In this document: one piece after another, positions 9,702 through 19,056 of the stretch
Numbering within the stretch: position 1 is the first letter of the stretch
Layout: the number at the start of each line of letters is the position of its first letter
From: Candidatus Bathyarchaeia archaeon
GTDB taxonomy: Archaea > Thermoproteota > Bathyarchaeia > Bathyarchaeales > Bathycorpusculaceae
Assembly (NCBI GenBank): GCA_050015395.1
Contig: JBEKBM010000023.1
Coordinates: forward strand, 1-52,554
DNA: 52,554 nt
Direction: 5' to 3'
Position numbers and translations under genes: made by a program
The notes under the pieces: generated by a model
Databases searched by the model: none
What the model saw: only the letters and a program-made list of their open reading frames with translations
What the model was told of the DNA's origin: nothing

Positions 9702-9760
9702 AGATAGGCATGTTTTTCTTTTTGTTTTAGCAACCTAATACCGACTTAGGTTAGTTTAAA

Positions 9761-10897
9761 TTGACTGTTACTCAGGATAGTCTGCCAACGAAAACCATCG
9801 GTTTCATCGTTAACCCAGTTGCTGGAATGGGTGGCGCTGTCGGATTAAAAGGAACAGACGGCAAAACCATCCTGAACAAAGCCATATCCTTAGGCGCTAA
9901 ACCTATAGCATCACAAAGAGCCGAAACCTTCCTCGCTGAGCTGTATTCAGTCAAAGAAAGCTTAAAGCTACTTGTTGGCGCTGGCAGCATGGGTGAGACT
10001 GAAGCTAAAAAGTGTGGCTTCACTTTTGATGTTAAAGGTGAAAGCAAAAAAGAAACCACATCGGAAGACACTCAAAATACCGCAAAAGCAATGGTGGAGT
10101 CATGTGTTGATTTGCTTGTTTTCTGCGGCGGCGACGGAACAACCCGAGACATACTAAAAGCCGTTGGCTTGAATGTTCCTGTGCTGGGTGTTCCAACAGG
10201 TGTCAAAATGCATAGCGCCATTTTCGCTATAACTCCTCAAGCAGCCGCAAGAGTAGCCGTCAGCTATCTTTGGGGTGGATTGCCCCTGCGAGAAGCGGAG
10301 GTTATGGATGTGGATGAGCAAGCTTTCAGGGAAGGTCGCCTTTCCGCAGAACTTTACGGGTACATGTTGAGTCCTTATGAGCCCCATTTGATTCAGGGGA
10401 ACAAACTTGAAAGTCTAATGACTGAGAATGAAGTCCGCAACCAAGCAGCAATAGCAATCTACATCATTGAAGAAATGGAAAAAGGCACCGTTTACATTGT
10501 TGGTCCGGGAACAACCACTCGCACCATTGGTGATCTTTTAGACCAGAAAAAAACCCTCCTTGGCGTAGACCTTTTCCAGAACAAGAGAATAATTGCAAGC
10601 GATGTAAACGAGAAACAAATATTGGAAGCCATAAAGGGAAAAGTTGCTAGGATAATTGTGACGCCGATTGGGGGTCAAGGCTTCATTTTCGGCAGAGGGA
10701 ACCAGCAAATAAGCTCCGAAGTAATCCGTCAAGTAGGCTTAGATAACATTGTTGTGGTTGCAACTACTGGCAAATTGGACAGGTTGAAAAGTTTAAGGGT
10801 TGATACAGGCGACCCAGAACTGGATAAAGATCTTAGAGCACATGAAATCAACGTTGTAATCGACTACAAAAGCATACAAAAAACGGCTGTTGAATAA
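9761..10897 (+). CDS. ATP-NAD kinase family protein (COG3199-like)
   Basis: IVNPVAGMGG.VGLKGTDG, GGDGTTRD, GVKMHS, GQGFIFGRGNQQ, VDTGD. Confidence 0.88.
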   Translation: MTVTQDSLPTKTIGFIVNPVAGMGGAVGLKGTDGKTILNKAISLGAKPIASQRAETFLAELYSVKESLKLLVGAGSMGETEAKKCGFTFDVKGESKKETTSEDTQNTAKAMVESCVDLLVFCGGDGTTRDILKAVGLNVPVLGVPTGVKMHSAIFAITPQAAARVAVSYLWGGLPLREAEVMDVDEQAFREGRLSAELYGYMLSPYEPHLIQGNKLESLMTENEVRNQAAIAIYIIEEMEKGTVYIVGPGTTTRTIGDLLDQKKTLLGVDLFQNKRIIASDVNEKQILEAIKGKVARIIVTPIGGQGFIFGRGNQQISSEVIRQVGLDNIVVVATTGKLDRLKSLRVDTGDPELDKDLRAHEINVVIDYKSIQKTAVE

Positions 10898-10972
10898 TCG
10901 TATTACGATTAATAGTCGGAAAAAATGAAATAGTAGCACGTGACCAGTATCCTAACAAAGTGAGGCTAAAAA

Positions 10973-12076
10973 ATGATACCTATTAACATGCCAAAAATCG
11001 GCGAAGAAGAAGTTCAAGCAGTAGTTAAAGTTCTGCGAAGCGGAATGTTAACAAGCGGGCTTGGGGCTGGTCCAATGGTAACTGAATTAGAGAAAAATTT
11101 TGCAAAATTTGCTGGCGTGAAACATGCTGTAGCGGTTAACACTGGCACTGCCGCATTGCACTCTGCAATTGTAGCCGTTGGTATAAAGCAAGGTGACGAG
11201 GTTATTTTGCCCAGCTTCACCTTCGTAGCTACTGCTGAAGCAGTCGTGTTGGCAGGCGGGAAACCAGTTTTCGCCGACATTGATGCTGAAACTTACAATC
11301 TCTCACCCAGTGTGGCTGAAAAATTAATAACAAAAAACACCAAAGCTATACTGCCCGTGGACTTATACGGTTTTTCAGCCGACATGAAACCTATGAGGGA
11401 AATCGCCGAGAAGCATAACTTAGCGTTGGTTGAAGATGCTGCCCAAGCGCATGGAGCAACATACGCTGGAAAACCTGCGGGAAGCTTTGCTGACGCCGCT
11501 TGCTGGAGCTTGTACGCAAGCAAAAACATAACCACAGGCGAAGGCGGAGTAACCACAACAAACAACGACCAAATAGCTGAAACATTGCGGATGATTAGGA
11601 CTCATGGAGAAAAAGCCAAATACGCCTCACTTATTCTTGGAAACAACTATCGCATGTCCGAAATACAAGCAGCAATAGGTAACGTGCAACTGGAAAAATT
11701 GCCGTCTTTTTTGGCTAAACGCCGCCAAAACGCGCAACAACTAACAAAAATCCTAGAAAAAAGTAGCAGGCTTATTTTACCCTGTGAGTCAAAAGACCGA
11801 CAGCACAGCTGGTACCTTTACACTGCACGACTAGTGGACGGCATGGAAACTGAACGCAATAAGATTGTGGATGAACTGAAGAAAAAAGGGATTGGCGCCG
11901 AGGTCTATTACGTTAACCCTGTGCATCAGATGCCGTTTTACCGAGAAAACTTTGGAAGCGCTAAACTGCCTGAAACGGATAAAGCGTCAAAACAAGTTTT
12001 CTCTCTGCCAATTCACCCCGGAGTCACAGCTGAACAAGTTGATTACATAGGAAAAACTCTTCTAAGCCTCTTATAA
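10973..12076 (+). CDS. DegT/DnrJ/EryC1/StrS PLP-dependent sugar aminotransferase
   Basis: GTAALH, FTFVATA, EDAAQAHG, SLYASKNITTGEGG, SLPIHP. Confidence 0.93.
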   Translation: MIPINMPKIGEEEVQAVVKVLRSGMLTSGLGAGPMVTELEKNFAKFAGVKHAVAVNTGTAALHSAIVAVGIKQGDEVILPSFTFVATAEAVVLAGGKPVFADIDAETYNLSPSVAEKLITKNTKAILPVDLYGFSADMKPMREIAEKHNLALVEDAAQAHGATYAGKPAGSFADAACWSLYASKNITTGEGGVTTTNNDQIAETLRMIRTHGEKAKYASLILGNNYRMSEIQAAIGNVQLEKLPSFLAKRRQNAQQLTKILEKSSRLILPCESKDRQHSWYLYTARLVDGMETERNKIVDELKKKGIGAEVYYVNPVHQMPFYRENFGSAKLPETDKASKQVFSLPIHPGVTAEQVDYIGKTLLSLL

Positions 12077-12193
12077 CTAGATTGGCGCTGGGTTTGTGCG
12101 ATTTGCCGCCTTTGCCAACTGTAAGAGTTAAATTGAACGTTGCGTTATGAATAACCTGTCCTTTGATGTTTACTGGATTTTCTTTGAAGGAGT

Positions 12194-12592
12194 ATGAAGC
12201 AGTTGAGTAATGAAGCAGCAGACGTTTCACGTATAAAAGTCAAGTTTCTCATCGAAGGCTTAGGTGAAGCTGAAGGTGAATTAGTGAGATTTTTAGCGCC
12301 AAGAACCATTGACACAATCGTTCGGAAGCTTCCAGTTGAAGGCAGAGCTGCATTATGGAAAGAAGAAGTTTATTTTGAAATCCCAATTAAAATGGGTGAA
12401 GAAAAAGCTAAGCCAACCGTGGAAACTGGCACTATTGCTTTTTGGCCTATGGGCGGCGCTTTGTGCGTATTCTATGGCAAGTCACAGCCGTATAGTCCCG
12501 TGAGTATACTTGGTAAAATAACGAGTAATTTGGATGTTTTTAAGCAAGTTAAAAGTGGAACAACGGTAAGGGTTGAATTGTTAACGGCTTAA
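12194..12592 (+). CDS. Cyclophilin-like fold protein (DUF369/UPF0310-like)
   Basis: APRT....RKLP.EG.A.LW.EEVYF, G.IAFWP.G.ALCVFYG. Confidence 0.8.
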   Translation: MKQLSNEAADVSRIKVKFLIEGLGEAEGELVRFLAPRTIDTIVRKLPVEGRAALWKEEVYFEIPIKMGEEKAKPTVETGTIAFWPMGGALCVFYGKSQPYSPVSILGKITSNLDVFKQVKSGTTVRVELLTA

Positions 12593-13071
12593 AAGGCTAA
12601 TGAACTCTCTTTCCACTGTTGAAGCAGCCGTTCGCATTCTTCTTTTACGTTTTTGTCGCCGCTTTTATCCTTTAGAACCTGCAGGAACTCAACACGTTTT
12701 GCAACTGAGCGTTTTTCAGCGTTGCCGCCATAGTATAGTTCACCTTCCAGGTACTCTTTCATGTGATAGGCTTTTTGGATGAATAGGCTAGCGGCGTCAA
12801 CTGGGTTTTCTACGGCGAACTTGTTTGCCCAGATGGCTACTTCTGTTTCGCGCAATTGAGTTATGCCGTCGATTTCCATTATTTTCCTAATGTAAGCTCT
12901 TAAAAACTCGAAGTAACCTGCGGTTTTGATTAGTTCAAGGGCTTGGTTGATTTTTTCTTTAAAGTCTGGTGAGCCTTCAATTGTTAGGTTGTGTTTGTAG
13001 CCTGTATCGATTAGCTCTTTAGCGGTTTTTACTTCTTCAACTGTGTAAACTCTTTCTGGAAATTCTGCCAA
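12589..13071 (-). CDS. Hypothetical protein (~160 aa)
   Basis: The 204-aa ORF overlaps rps25e; a TTG at 13071 preceded by GGAG is the more plausible start. Confidence 0.65.
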   Translation of the reverse strand: MAEFPERVYTVEEVKTAKELIDTGYKHNLTIEGSPDFKEKINQALELIKTAGYFEFLRAYIRKIMEIDGITQLRETEVAIWANKFAVENPVDAASLFIQKAYHMKEYLEGELYYGGNAEKRSVAKRVEFLQVLKDKSGDKNVKEECERLLQQWKESSLAF

Positions 13072-13129
13072 ATGAAAACTAACTCCGAATCTAGATAAGA
13101 TTAGAATAAATAATTGGTCGTTAGCAAGT

Positions 13130-13453
13130 TTAGCTTGCTGCAGGCTTGTAGATTTTGAGGTTATGGCTTCCGGAGACGAGCTGAACTGCACCGTTTGCTT
13201 CAAGTTGTTCTAAGAAGTCTTTGGCTGTGCTAATTCGAATGTTATATCTTGTAGCTACAGCGTATGGTGTTAGAACGTTCATTTTCTTTATTTCGCCGAC
13301 GATTTTTTCGTTTTTTGCGTCTGGAGACATTATTCCTACGGCTTTTCTTTCTTTTGGCGGTGCGGCTTTCTTTTTGTCTTTACTCTTATCTTCGTCTTCC
13401 CTAACCTGCTGCTTCTCCATCTGCTTTATGCCGACCTTCTTTTTTCCACCCAT
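13130..13453 (-). CDS. rps25e: 30S ribosomal protein S25e
   Basis: MGGKKK N-terminus; LTPY.VA.RYNIRISTAK..L..LE..G.V; IY C-terminus. Confidence 0.9.
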   Translation of the reverse strand: MGGKKKVGIKQMEKQQVREDEDKSKDKKKAAPPKERKAVGIMSPDAKNEKIVGEIKKMNVLTPYAVATRYNIRISTAKDFLEQLEANGAVQLVSGSHNLKIYKPAAS

Positions 13454-13485
13454 ATTTTTCACTTTGCTTTTTTTGTTCTCAACAT

Positions 13486-14976
13486 CTAGAATGGCTGACT
13501 TATTTCAACGTTATGTTTTTCCTTCCACTCTTTGATTGGGACTCCAAATTTCTTTTCTACTAGCGGCCTATGGATGGAGTTCATTGTGCAGAATGGAATT
13601 ATGCGCCCGTCAGGTACTGCATAGTGAATTAGGCAGCGTTGTACTCTTTCAAGGTCAAAGTTGTATGGATCCATGAAATGCATGGCTGAAAGCAGAATTG
13701 CTTTTCTTTGCAGGTCGCCGAGGGATTTGTAATCGCCATTTGTTACTACGCCTAAAACGTATTTTCTTAAGAAACCGAATTTTACATGCCGCATTGAACT
13801 AACTAAGTACAGTTTAGCCTTGTTCTTGCTTCCTTTTGACGCGGTTTCGTAGACTTTGTTCATTCCCCCGATGAATTTTTCGATGTTTCCGTAGCGCGTG
13901 ATTGGAACGATTTTTCCCTTTTCAATTAAAAGGTAAGTTGCCATACCGCAGTGCGGATGCGCAGTGAACTCTAAATATCGCCTGTCTTTTAGTGCGCCGA
14001 CGGCTTTTGAAACTGGCACAACCGTGGGTACAGGATAGAAGTCTGAAACTTTTATTGTTCCGTTTGTTTGCTCTTCAACTTTTTTCATGAAGTCTGGGAT
14101 TGTGATGCGCATTTTTTCGCGTTCTTTTTGTGGTAGCCTTCCACAGAGGCTGACTGGTTGAACGTTTACGCATCTTACCACGTCGAAGTTTTTGGCAGCA
14201 AAATTGATTATGTCGCCAAGTTGGTGATCATTAACCCCTTTCACCAATGTGACGACTAATACTATGCTGTCTATTCCTGCTTGGCGAAGGTTTTCGATTG
14301 CCTTCATTTTTATGTCAAGAAGATCTACTCCACGAATGAACTTGTAAACGTCAGGTGTTAACCCGTCGAACTGCAGGTAAATGGTGCTTACTCCCGCATC
14401 TTTGAGTTGTCTGCAGTAATCTACGCTTTGCGAAAGTCGAAGACCGTTCGTATTAATCTCCACGTGGCTGAAGCCAAGCTCTTTTGCTTTTCGAACAAAG
14501 TCGAAGAGATCTTCGCGTATCGTGGGTTCTCCACCAGAGAACTGAAGCGCCGTGGCTGGCACTGGCTTATTGGCTCGAAGGTTCTCTAGCATTCCAGTGA
14601 TTTGCTCTTTAGTAGGTTCATAAACGTATCCTGCAGCCGCAGCATTCGCAAAACAAATAGGGCAGGTAAGGTTGCACCTGTTTGTGACATCGATTATTGC
14701 GAGGGCAGTGTGGGATTTGTGTTCTGGGCAAATGCCGCAATCGTATGGGCACCCGTTCTTTTTCTCGGTTCGAGGGTTGCTTACTCCTTCGCCGTCATAG
14801 CGGAATTTTTCTGCCCGCATATATTGATCGTAATCCGACCAATAAAGCTCTTGAAAAGCCCCATGCTCAGCGCACTCTTTTTTGATAAAGACTTTGCCGT
14901 CGTCTTCAAAAATGGTTGCATCTATAGCCTTTAGGCATTCAGGGCAAATGCTTCTTGTGGTTTTGATATCTTTCAA
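13486..14976 (-). CDS. tes: Tetraether lipid synthase Tes / GDGT-MAS radical SAM enzyme
   Basis: N-terminal CPEC...CAEHG metal site; CPYDCGICPEH auxiliary cluster; CNLTCPICFANA radical SAM motif; HPHCG and FMDPYNFD.ERV.RC.IHY...GRIIPFC C-terminal cluster. Confidence 0.88.
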   Translation of the reverse strand: MKDIKTTRSICPECLKAIDATIFEDDGKVFIKKECAEHGAFQELYWSDYDQYMRAEKFRYDGEGVSNPRTEKKNGCPYDCGICPEHKSHTALAIIDVTNRCNLTCPICFANAAAAGYVYEPTKEQITGMLENLRANKPVPATALQFSGGEPTIREDLFDFVRKAKELGFSHVEINTNGLRLSQSVDYCRQLKDAGVSTIYLQFDGLTPDVYKFIRGVDLLDIKMKAIENLRQAGIDSIVLVVTLVKGVNDHQLGDIINFAAKNFDVVRCVNVQPVSLCGRLPQKEREKMRITIPDFMKKVEEQTNGTIKVSDFYPVPTVVPVSKAVGALKDRRYLEFTAHPHCGMATYLLIEKGKIVPITRYGNIEKFIGGMNKVYETASKGSKNKAKLYLVSSMRHVKFGFLRKYVLGVVTNGDYKSLGDLQRKAILLSAMHFMDPYNFDLERVQRCLIHYAVPDGRIIPFCTMNSIHRPLVEKKFGVPIKEWKEKHNVEISQPF

Positions 14977-15079
14977 TTTTTTTTGCCTTCTTACATCTAA
15001 GCGTTTTCGAAGTGCTTAAGAGCATATGTGTTGATAATAAGGTTTCCAAACGATTCCTAAGGTGATTGAGGGGGAAAAG

Positions 15080-15832
15080 ATGTCAATTAACGAGAACACT
15101 CGGGCTGCTTTACGGGAAATGGGCCTAAGCGCCTACGAAATTGATGGTTACATAGTTTTGCTGGAAGGTGGGCAAATGACGGCTATGGAGATAAGTCAAG
15201 AGGCTAAAGTGCCCTACAGCAAAATGTATGAAGTTCTCAATTCGCTCAAAGAAAAGGGCTGGATTAAAAGCAGCGAAAGCCGACCATTCAAGTACTATCC
15301 AGTACCGCCACTCGAAGCAACAAGGTTCACGAAGCTGCGGCTAGAAGACAAATACTTGAACTGGGAAAACACTGTCGCCCAAGAACTACAGCCCCTATAT
15401 GAAAAACGAGAACTTTTTGAGCGACCAGACATGCTGATATTGCGCGGTCAACAAGCAGTTTTAACCAAGCTTGAAGAGGTTCTTAACAAGGCTACAAAAG
15501 AAATCGTGATTGCAGCACCAGAATTTGCAAAACCACTAATCACCATGGCTGAACCGTTGCTGGGCAGTGGCTTGAAGAAAACGGTCAGGGTTAAGCTCAT
15601 GGCGGCTGGAACAAAGGAAGATTGGCTTTTTCTAAAAAAATACCCTAGCTTAAACGAGCTGCGAATAAGAGACCACATGTTCGGCGGCGGCATAATCGCT
15701 GACGGCAAAGAAGCTATGCTCTTTTTAGGTGAAGACAAACCAAGCCTCGTCATATGGAGCAACCACGTAGGCTTGATAGGTTTCGCGCGAGAATACTTCC
15801 AGTTCCTCTGGGACTCATCAGCAACCGCTTAA
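15080..15832 (+). CDS. TrmB family transcriptional regulator
   Basis: GLSAYE..Y..LL..G..TA.EIS....VPYSK.YEVL.SL..KGW; C-terminal effector domain (IADGKEA). Confidence 0.92.
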   Translation: MSINENTRAALREMGLSAYEIDGYIVLLEGGQMTAMEISQEAKVPYSKMYEVLNSLKEKGWIKSSESRPFKYYPVPPLEATRFTKLRLEDKYLNWENTVAQELQPLYEKRELFERPDMLILRGQQAVLTKLEEVLNKATKEIVIAAPEFAKPLITMAEPLLGSGLKKTVRVKLMAAGTKEDWLFLKKYPSLNELRIRDHMFGGGIIADGKEAMLFLGEDKPSLVIWSNHVGLIGFAREYFQFLWDSSATA

Positions 15833-15978
15833 AAAAGCCATTTCACTCTTAACAAAAAAATAAGCCGTCTGCCATCATAAAGCGCTTTATTCAAGGAGGC
15901 TAAAGTTTCTTCCGAGCACTAGAAAGTAAACAACTTTAACAAAAAAGAAGAAAAGGGAGAGAACTTGTTATTAGATTA

Positions 15979-16200
15979 CTATTTTCCCATGACTTTTCTA
16001 GCGGCGATCTCTATATCTTCCGCTTTGATGGTTTTTCTTCCAGCATGCATGGCAAAATCCAGTGCTTCTTTAGCAATCTTAACGCCGATTTCTTCAAGTG
16101 CCTTTGCAAGTTCCTTTGCTGCTGCTTCACTTACCCTGTCAGCGCCAGCTTTTTTACATAACCTGTGCATGGGAGCTACAGCTATTTCTAATTCAGTCAT
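15979..16200 (-). CDS. Archaeal histone (HMf family)
   Basis: AP..RL.KKAGA.RVSE.A...L....E......[18 protein letters not shown]. Confidence 0.96.
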   Translation of the reverse strand: MTELEIAVAPMHRLCKKAGADRVSEAAAKELAKALEEIGVKIAKEALDFAMHAGRKTIKAEDIEIAARKVMGK

Positions 16201-16324
16201 AACGACTACTCCTAGCCTCTTTTTCTTTTTAAAGCAATATTTAACCTTTGTTATCCTTTCCGTCTAAATTACTGATGAGATAAACTTGCCATATAAATAA
16301 AGAAAAATTATAAAAACGTTCAAC

Positions 16325-17119
16325 ATGAATATAGCGCTGAGAAAAATGAAGTTAATAGACGCACATGTTCACCTCTCAGATGCCGAATACACTGGTCATA
16401 TTGATGAGTTGATAGCGGATGCAAAAAACGCGGGCGTAACGGCGTTAGTAACAAATTCAATGGACTTAAAAACTTGCCAAAGCGACCTTAGTCTAGCGGA
16501 AAAATATCCTGGCTTAGTTTACCCCGCTTTAGGGATTCACCCATGGAACGTAAACGTTCTCAAGGAAAATGAACTTGAAGAAACTATAGATTTAATCCAA
16601 AAACATAAAAACACGGTTAAAGCAGTAGGTGAAATCGGCTTAGACTGCAAGTATGAAACCATATGGGAAAAACAAATGTTGGTTTTCGACAAGATGCTTC
16701 ATCTTGCTGAATCGCTTGACCTTCCAGTAATTATACATTCACGCGGAACAACCGACAAAGTAGTAGACATGCTTCCATCATACCATCTTAAGCGAGTGCT
16801 ACTGCACTGGTTTAGCTACCCAATGAGCGCACTAATTAGAGCCATGGACAATGGATACTTTATCACTGAAGGCCCGCCAGCAACCTATTCTAACGGCATC
16901 CGCGAAGTCATAGAGAAAGCGCCACTAACAAACCTTTTAACAGAAACCGATGGTCCGGTGACATATTGGAAAAGCCCTTACAATGGACAATTAACCAAGC
17001 CTTCATTCATACGTAACGTAGTTGAAGCAGTAGCTGAAATCAAGAAAATGCAAGTTGATAACGTTGCCGAGCAAATAGCCGAAAACTTTGAAGTTTTCTT
17101 CAACATAAAACTAACTTAA
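16325..17119 (+). CDS. tatD: TatD family hydrolase/DNase
   Basis: IDAHVHL, GIHPW, VGEIGLD, IIHSR, LLTETDGP; start may be the later ATG (MKLIDAH). Confidence 0.92.
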   Translation: MNIALRKMKLIDAHVHLSDAEYTGHIDELIADAKNAGVTALVTNSMDLKTCQSDLSLAEKYPGLVYPALGIHPWNVNVLKENELEETIDLIQKHKNTVKAVGEIGLDCKYETIWEKQMLVFDKMLHLAESLDLPVIIHSRGTTDKVVDMLPSYHLKRVLLHWFSYPMSALIRAMDNGYFITEGPPATYSNGIREVIEKAPLTNLLTETDGPVTYWKSPYNGQLTKPSFIRNVVEAVAEIKKMQVDNVAEQIAENFEVFFNIKLT

Positions 17120-17277
17120 CTCTTTACTTTACCCTCAACAGTTTACCTCACGATTTATCGCTCAGTTAAAAGGCTTAATAGGGCGTAAACTTAAATTAAG
17201 CCTGTCCTCTATTGAGGATTGCTCCTACGTTTTCAAGCGTCGGACACTAAAACATTGATGAGCTGAGGAATCAAGAT

Positions 17278-17508
17278 TTGGGAAAAGTTAAGACTGACCA
17301 GGTTAAACGAGCCGGCAAAACACTAATGGAACGTTTTCCAGAAAAATTCACCAACAAATTTGACGAGAACAAGCGTTTAGTTGACTCTTTAACGCAAGGA
17401 ACAACCACGCGAGTGAGAAATCAGATTGCTGGATACATAACCCGCACCATATCATTAGCTCAAGCCAACTCTTCAACTGATCCTGACACTGAAGAAGAAC
17501 CAGAATAA
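17278..17508 (+). CDS. rps17e: 30S ribosomal protein S17e
   Basis: MGKVKT..VKR....L.ERFP..F...FDENKR...RNQIAGYITR. Confidence 0.95.
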   Translation: MGKVKTDQVKRAGKTLMERFPEKFTNKFDENKRLVDSLTQGTTTRVRNQIAGYITRTISLAQANSSTDPDTEEEPE

Positions 17509-17534
17509 ACAGTCAATTTAGGATAAGAAACCTC

Positions 17535-17912
17535 ATGATGGATGAGTACAGGAAAGGATGGGCGCTAAGGTACCTGCGCGAAGCAAAAGCCGAATTGGAA
17601 GCAGCGCGAAAAATACCTTACATGGCACCAGGCTTGGTTTTAGAAGCAATCAGAAAAGCACGAAACGCCATATACTACAGTTTGGGCGAACCCGCCTTCA
17701 TAGAAATACTCCTCCGAGAAGAGGTAATGAAAAATCCGCTCACTAATGATTCGATTCTGCGTTTTCTAATGGAACTCGAAAGCATCATACAACAAATATC
17801 ACAATTAGAAGAAGTAAACACTGACGCAATGATGAAACAGGCAGATTCAATCGTTGAAATAGCAACTGACATAGTGGAAACATTAACACAGGAAAGATTC
17901 CAAAACTTTTAA
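17535..17912 (+). CDS. Hypothetical all-helical protein, HEPN-like N-terminus
   Basis: W..RYLREA..EL..A...; no Rx4H catalytic motif seen. Confidence 0.6.
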   Translation: MMDEYRKGWALRYLREAKAELEAARKIPYMAPGLVLEAIRKARNAIYYSLGEPAFIEILLREEVMKNPLTNDSILRFLMELESIIQQISQLEEVNTDAMMKQADSIVEIATDIVETLTQERFQNF

Positions 17913-17984
17913 GCTCAAATTAACAAAGTCACAAACAATTTTAACATAAACAATGATTCTATAAGGTTTGAGCGAAGAAAACAA

Positions 17985-18269
17985 ATGCCCTTAACGTTAA
18001 AGTTCATCGGTGCACTACGCCACATCTCGGGCAAAACACAATTAACTGTTAACTTCCAAGAAGGAATGTTGCTAAAAGAATTAGTAATAAAAATCAGCCA
18101 AGAAATGCCACAGCTAGAAAAAACCCTCAGCGACCAACAACTCGACGATTCAAGATCAAACGCGCTGATACTCATTAATGGCAGAGAAATCAGCGTTCTA
18201 AACGGTTTAGAAACAAAATTAAACGATGGAGACGAAATCGTCTTTGTCCCAGTCGTTCACGGCGGTTAA
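17985..18269 (+). CDS. MoaD/ThiS/SAMP ubiquitin-like sulfur carrier
   Basis: ILINGR.I..L.GLETKL.DGDEI.FVPVVHGG with C-terminal diglycine. Confidence 0.93.
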   Translation: MPLTLKFIGALRHISGKTQLTVNFQEGMLLKELVIKISQEMPQLEKTLSDQQLDDSRSNALILINGREISVLNGLETKLNDGDEIVFVPVVHGG

Positions 18270-18276
18270 CCATTAA

Positions 18277-19056
18277 ATGATAACTTTGACTAGCGACTTT
18301 GGGCTAAAAGACCCTTACGTGGCAGAAATGAAAGGAGTAATTTTAACCATAAACCCAAAAGCAACGCTAGTAGACATAACACATGAAGTTGAAAAATTTA
18401 ACATTCAAATGGCTGCTTTCATGTTGGCGTCGGCTACACAATACTTTCCACAAGGCACCATTCACTTGGCAGTTGTAGACCCAGGAGTTGGCACACAAAG
18501 ACGCGCCATATTAATACAGACTAAGAAGAGCTTTTTTGTTGGACCAGATAATGGCATTTTGATATTAGCTGCCCAAAACCAAGGCATAGAACACGTATAC
18601 CAGCTCACAAACCCCAACTTAATGCTACCCAAAATATCCAGCACATTTCACGGAAGAGACATTTTTGCGCCAGCAGCAGCCCACTTAGACAAAGGAGTAC
18701 AGCCAACCGAATTTGGAACAGAAATAAAAGACCCAATCAGCCCTGAATTCACCAAAGTCAAACGAGCAAACCGCTCTCTAATCGGCGAAGTCATGCACAT
18801 AGACGGCTTCGGCAACATAATAACTAACATAAACGAAAAAGACATGGTCCAAAACCATGCTGAAAAAGTCAACGTAGATTTACTTGACATTTCGCTAAAA
18901 CTTACGTTCGGTAAAACCTACGCTCAAGCAAAGTCTAAAGAACCTATTGCTCTAATTGGCAGCCATGGTTTCGTGGAGATAGCCCTAAACCAAGGTAACG
19001 CGGCGGAAAAGTTTCATGCGAAAACTGGAGATAAAATCGTAGTTACGGCTGCTTAA
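18277..19056 (+). CDS. SAM hydroxide adenosyltransferase (DUF62, chlorinase/fluorinase family)
   Basis: ITLTSDFG, VVDPGVGTQR, GPDNG, STFHGRDIFAP, IDGFGNIITN. Confidence 0.93.
   Translation: MITLTSDFGLKDPYVAEMKGVILTINPKATLVDITHEVEKFNIQMAAFMLASATQYFPQGTIHLAVVDPGVGTQRRAILIQTKKSFFVGPDNGILILAAQNQGIEHVYQLTNPNLMLPKISSTFHGRDIFAPAAAHLDKGVQPTEFGTEIKDPISPEFTKVKRANRSLIGEVMHIDGFGNIITNINEKDMVQNHAEKVNVDLLDISLKLTFGKTYAQAKSKEPIALIGSHGFVEIALNQGNAAEKFHAKTGDKIVVTAA

Noticed and set aside
9624-9712. AAGATAGGCA repeated at 9624 and 9702 (also near 35348) as mobile-element ends
   Set aside because: Only 10-12 bp, with no convincing inverted partner at the left border of the insert
17535-17912. Active HEPN toxin
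   Set aside because: No Rx4-6H motif, no adjacent MNT gene, and housekeeping context
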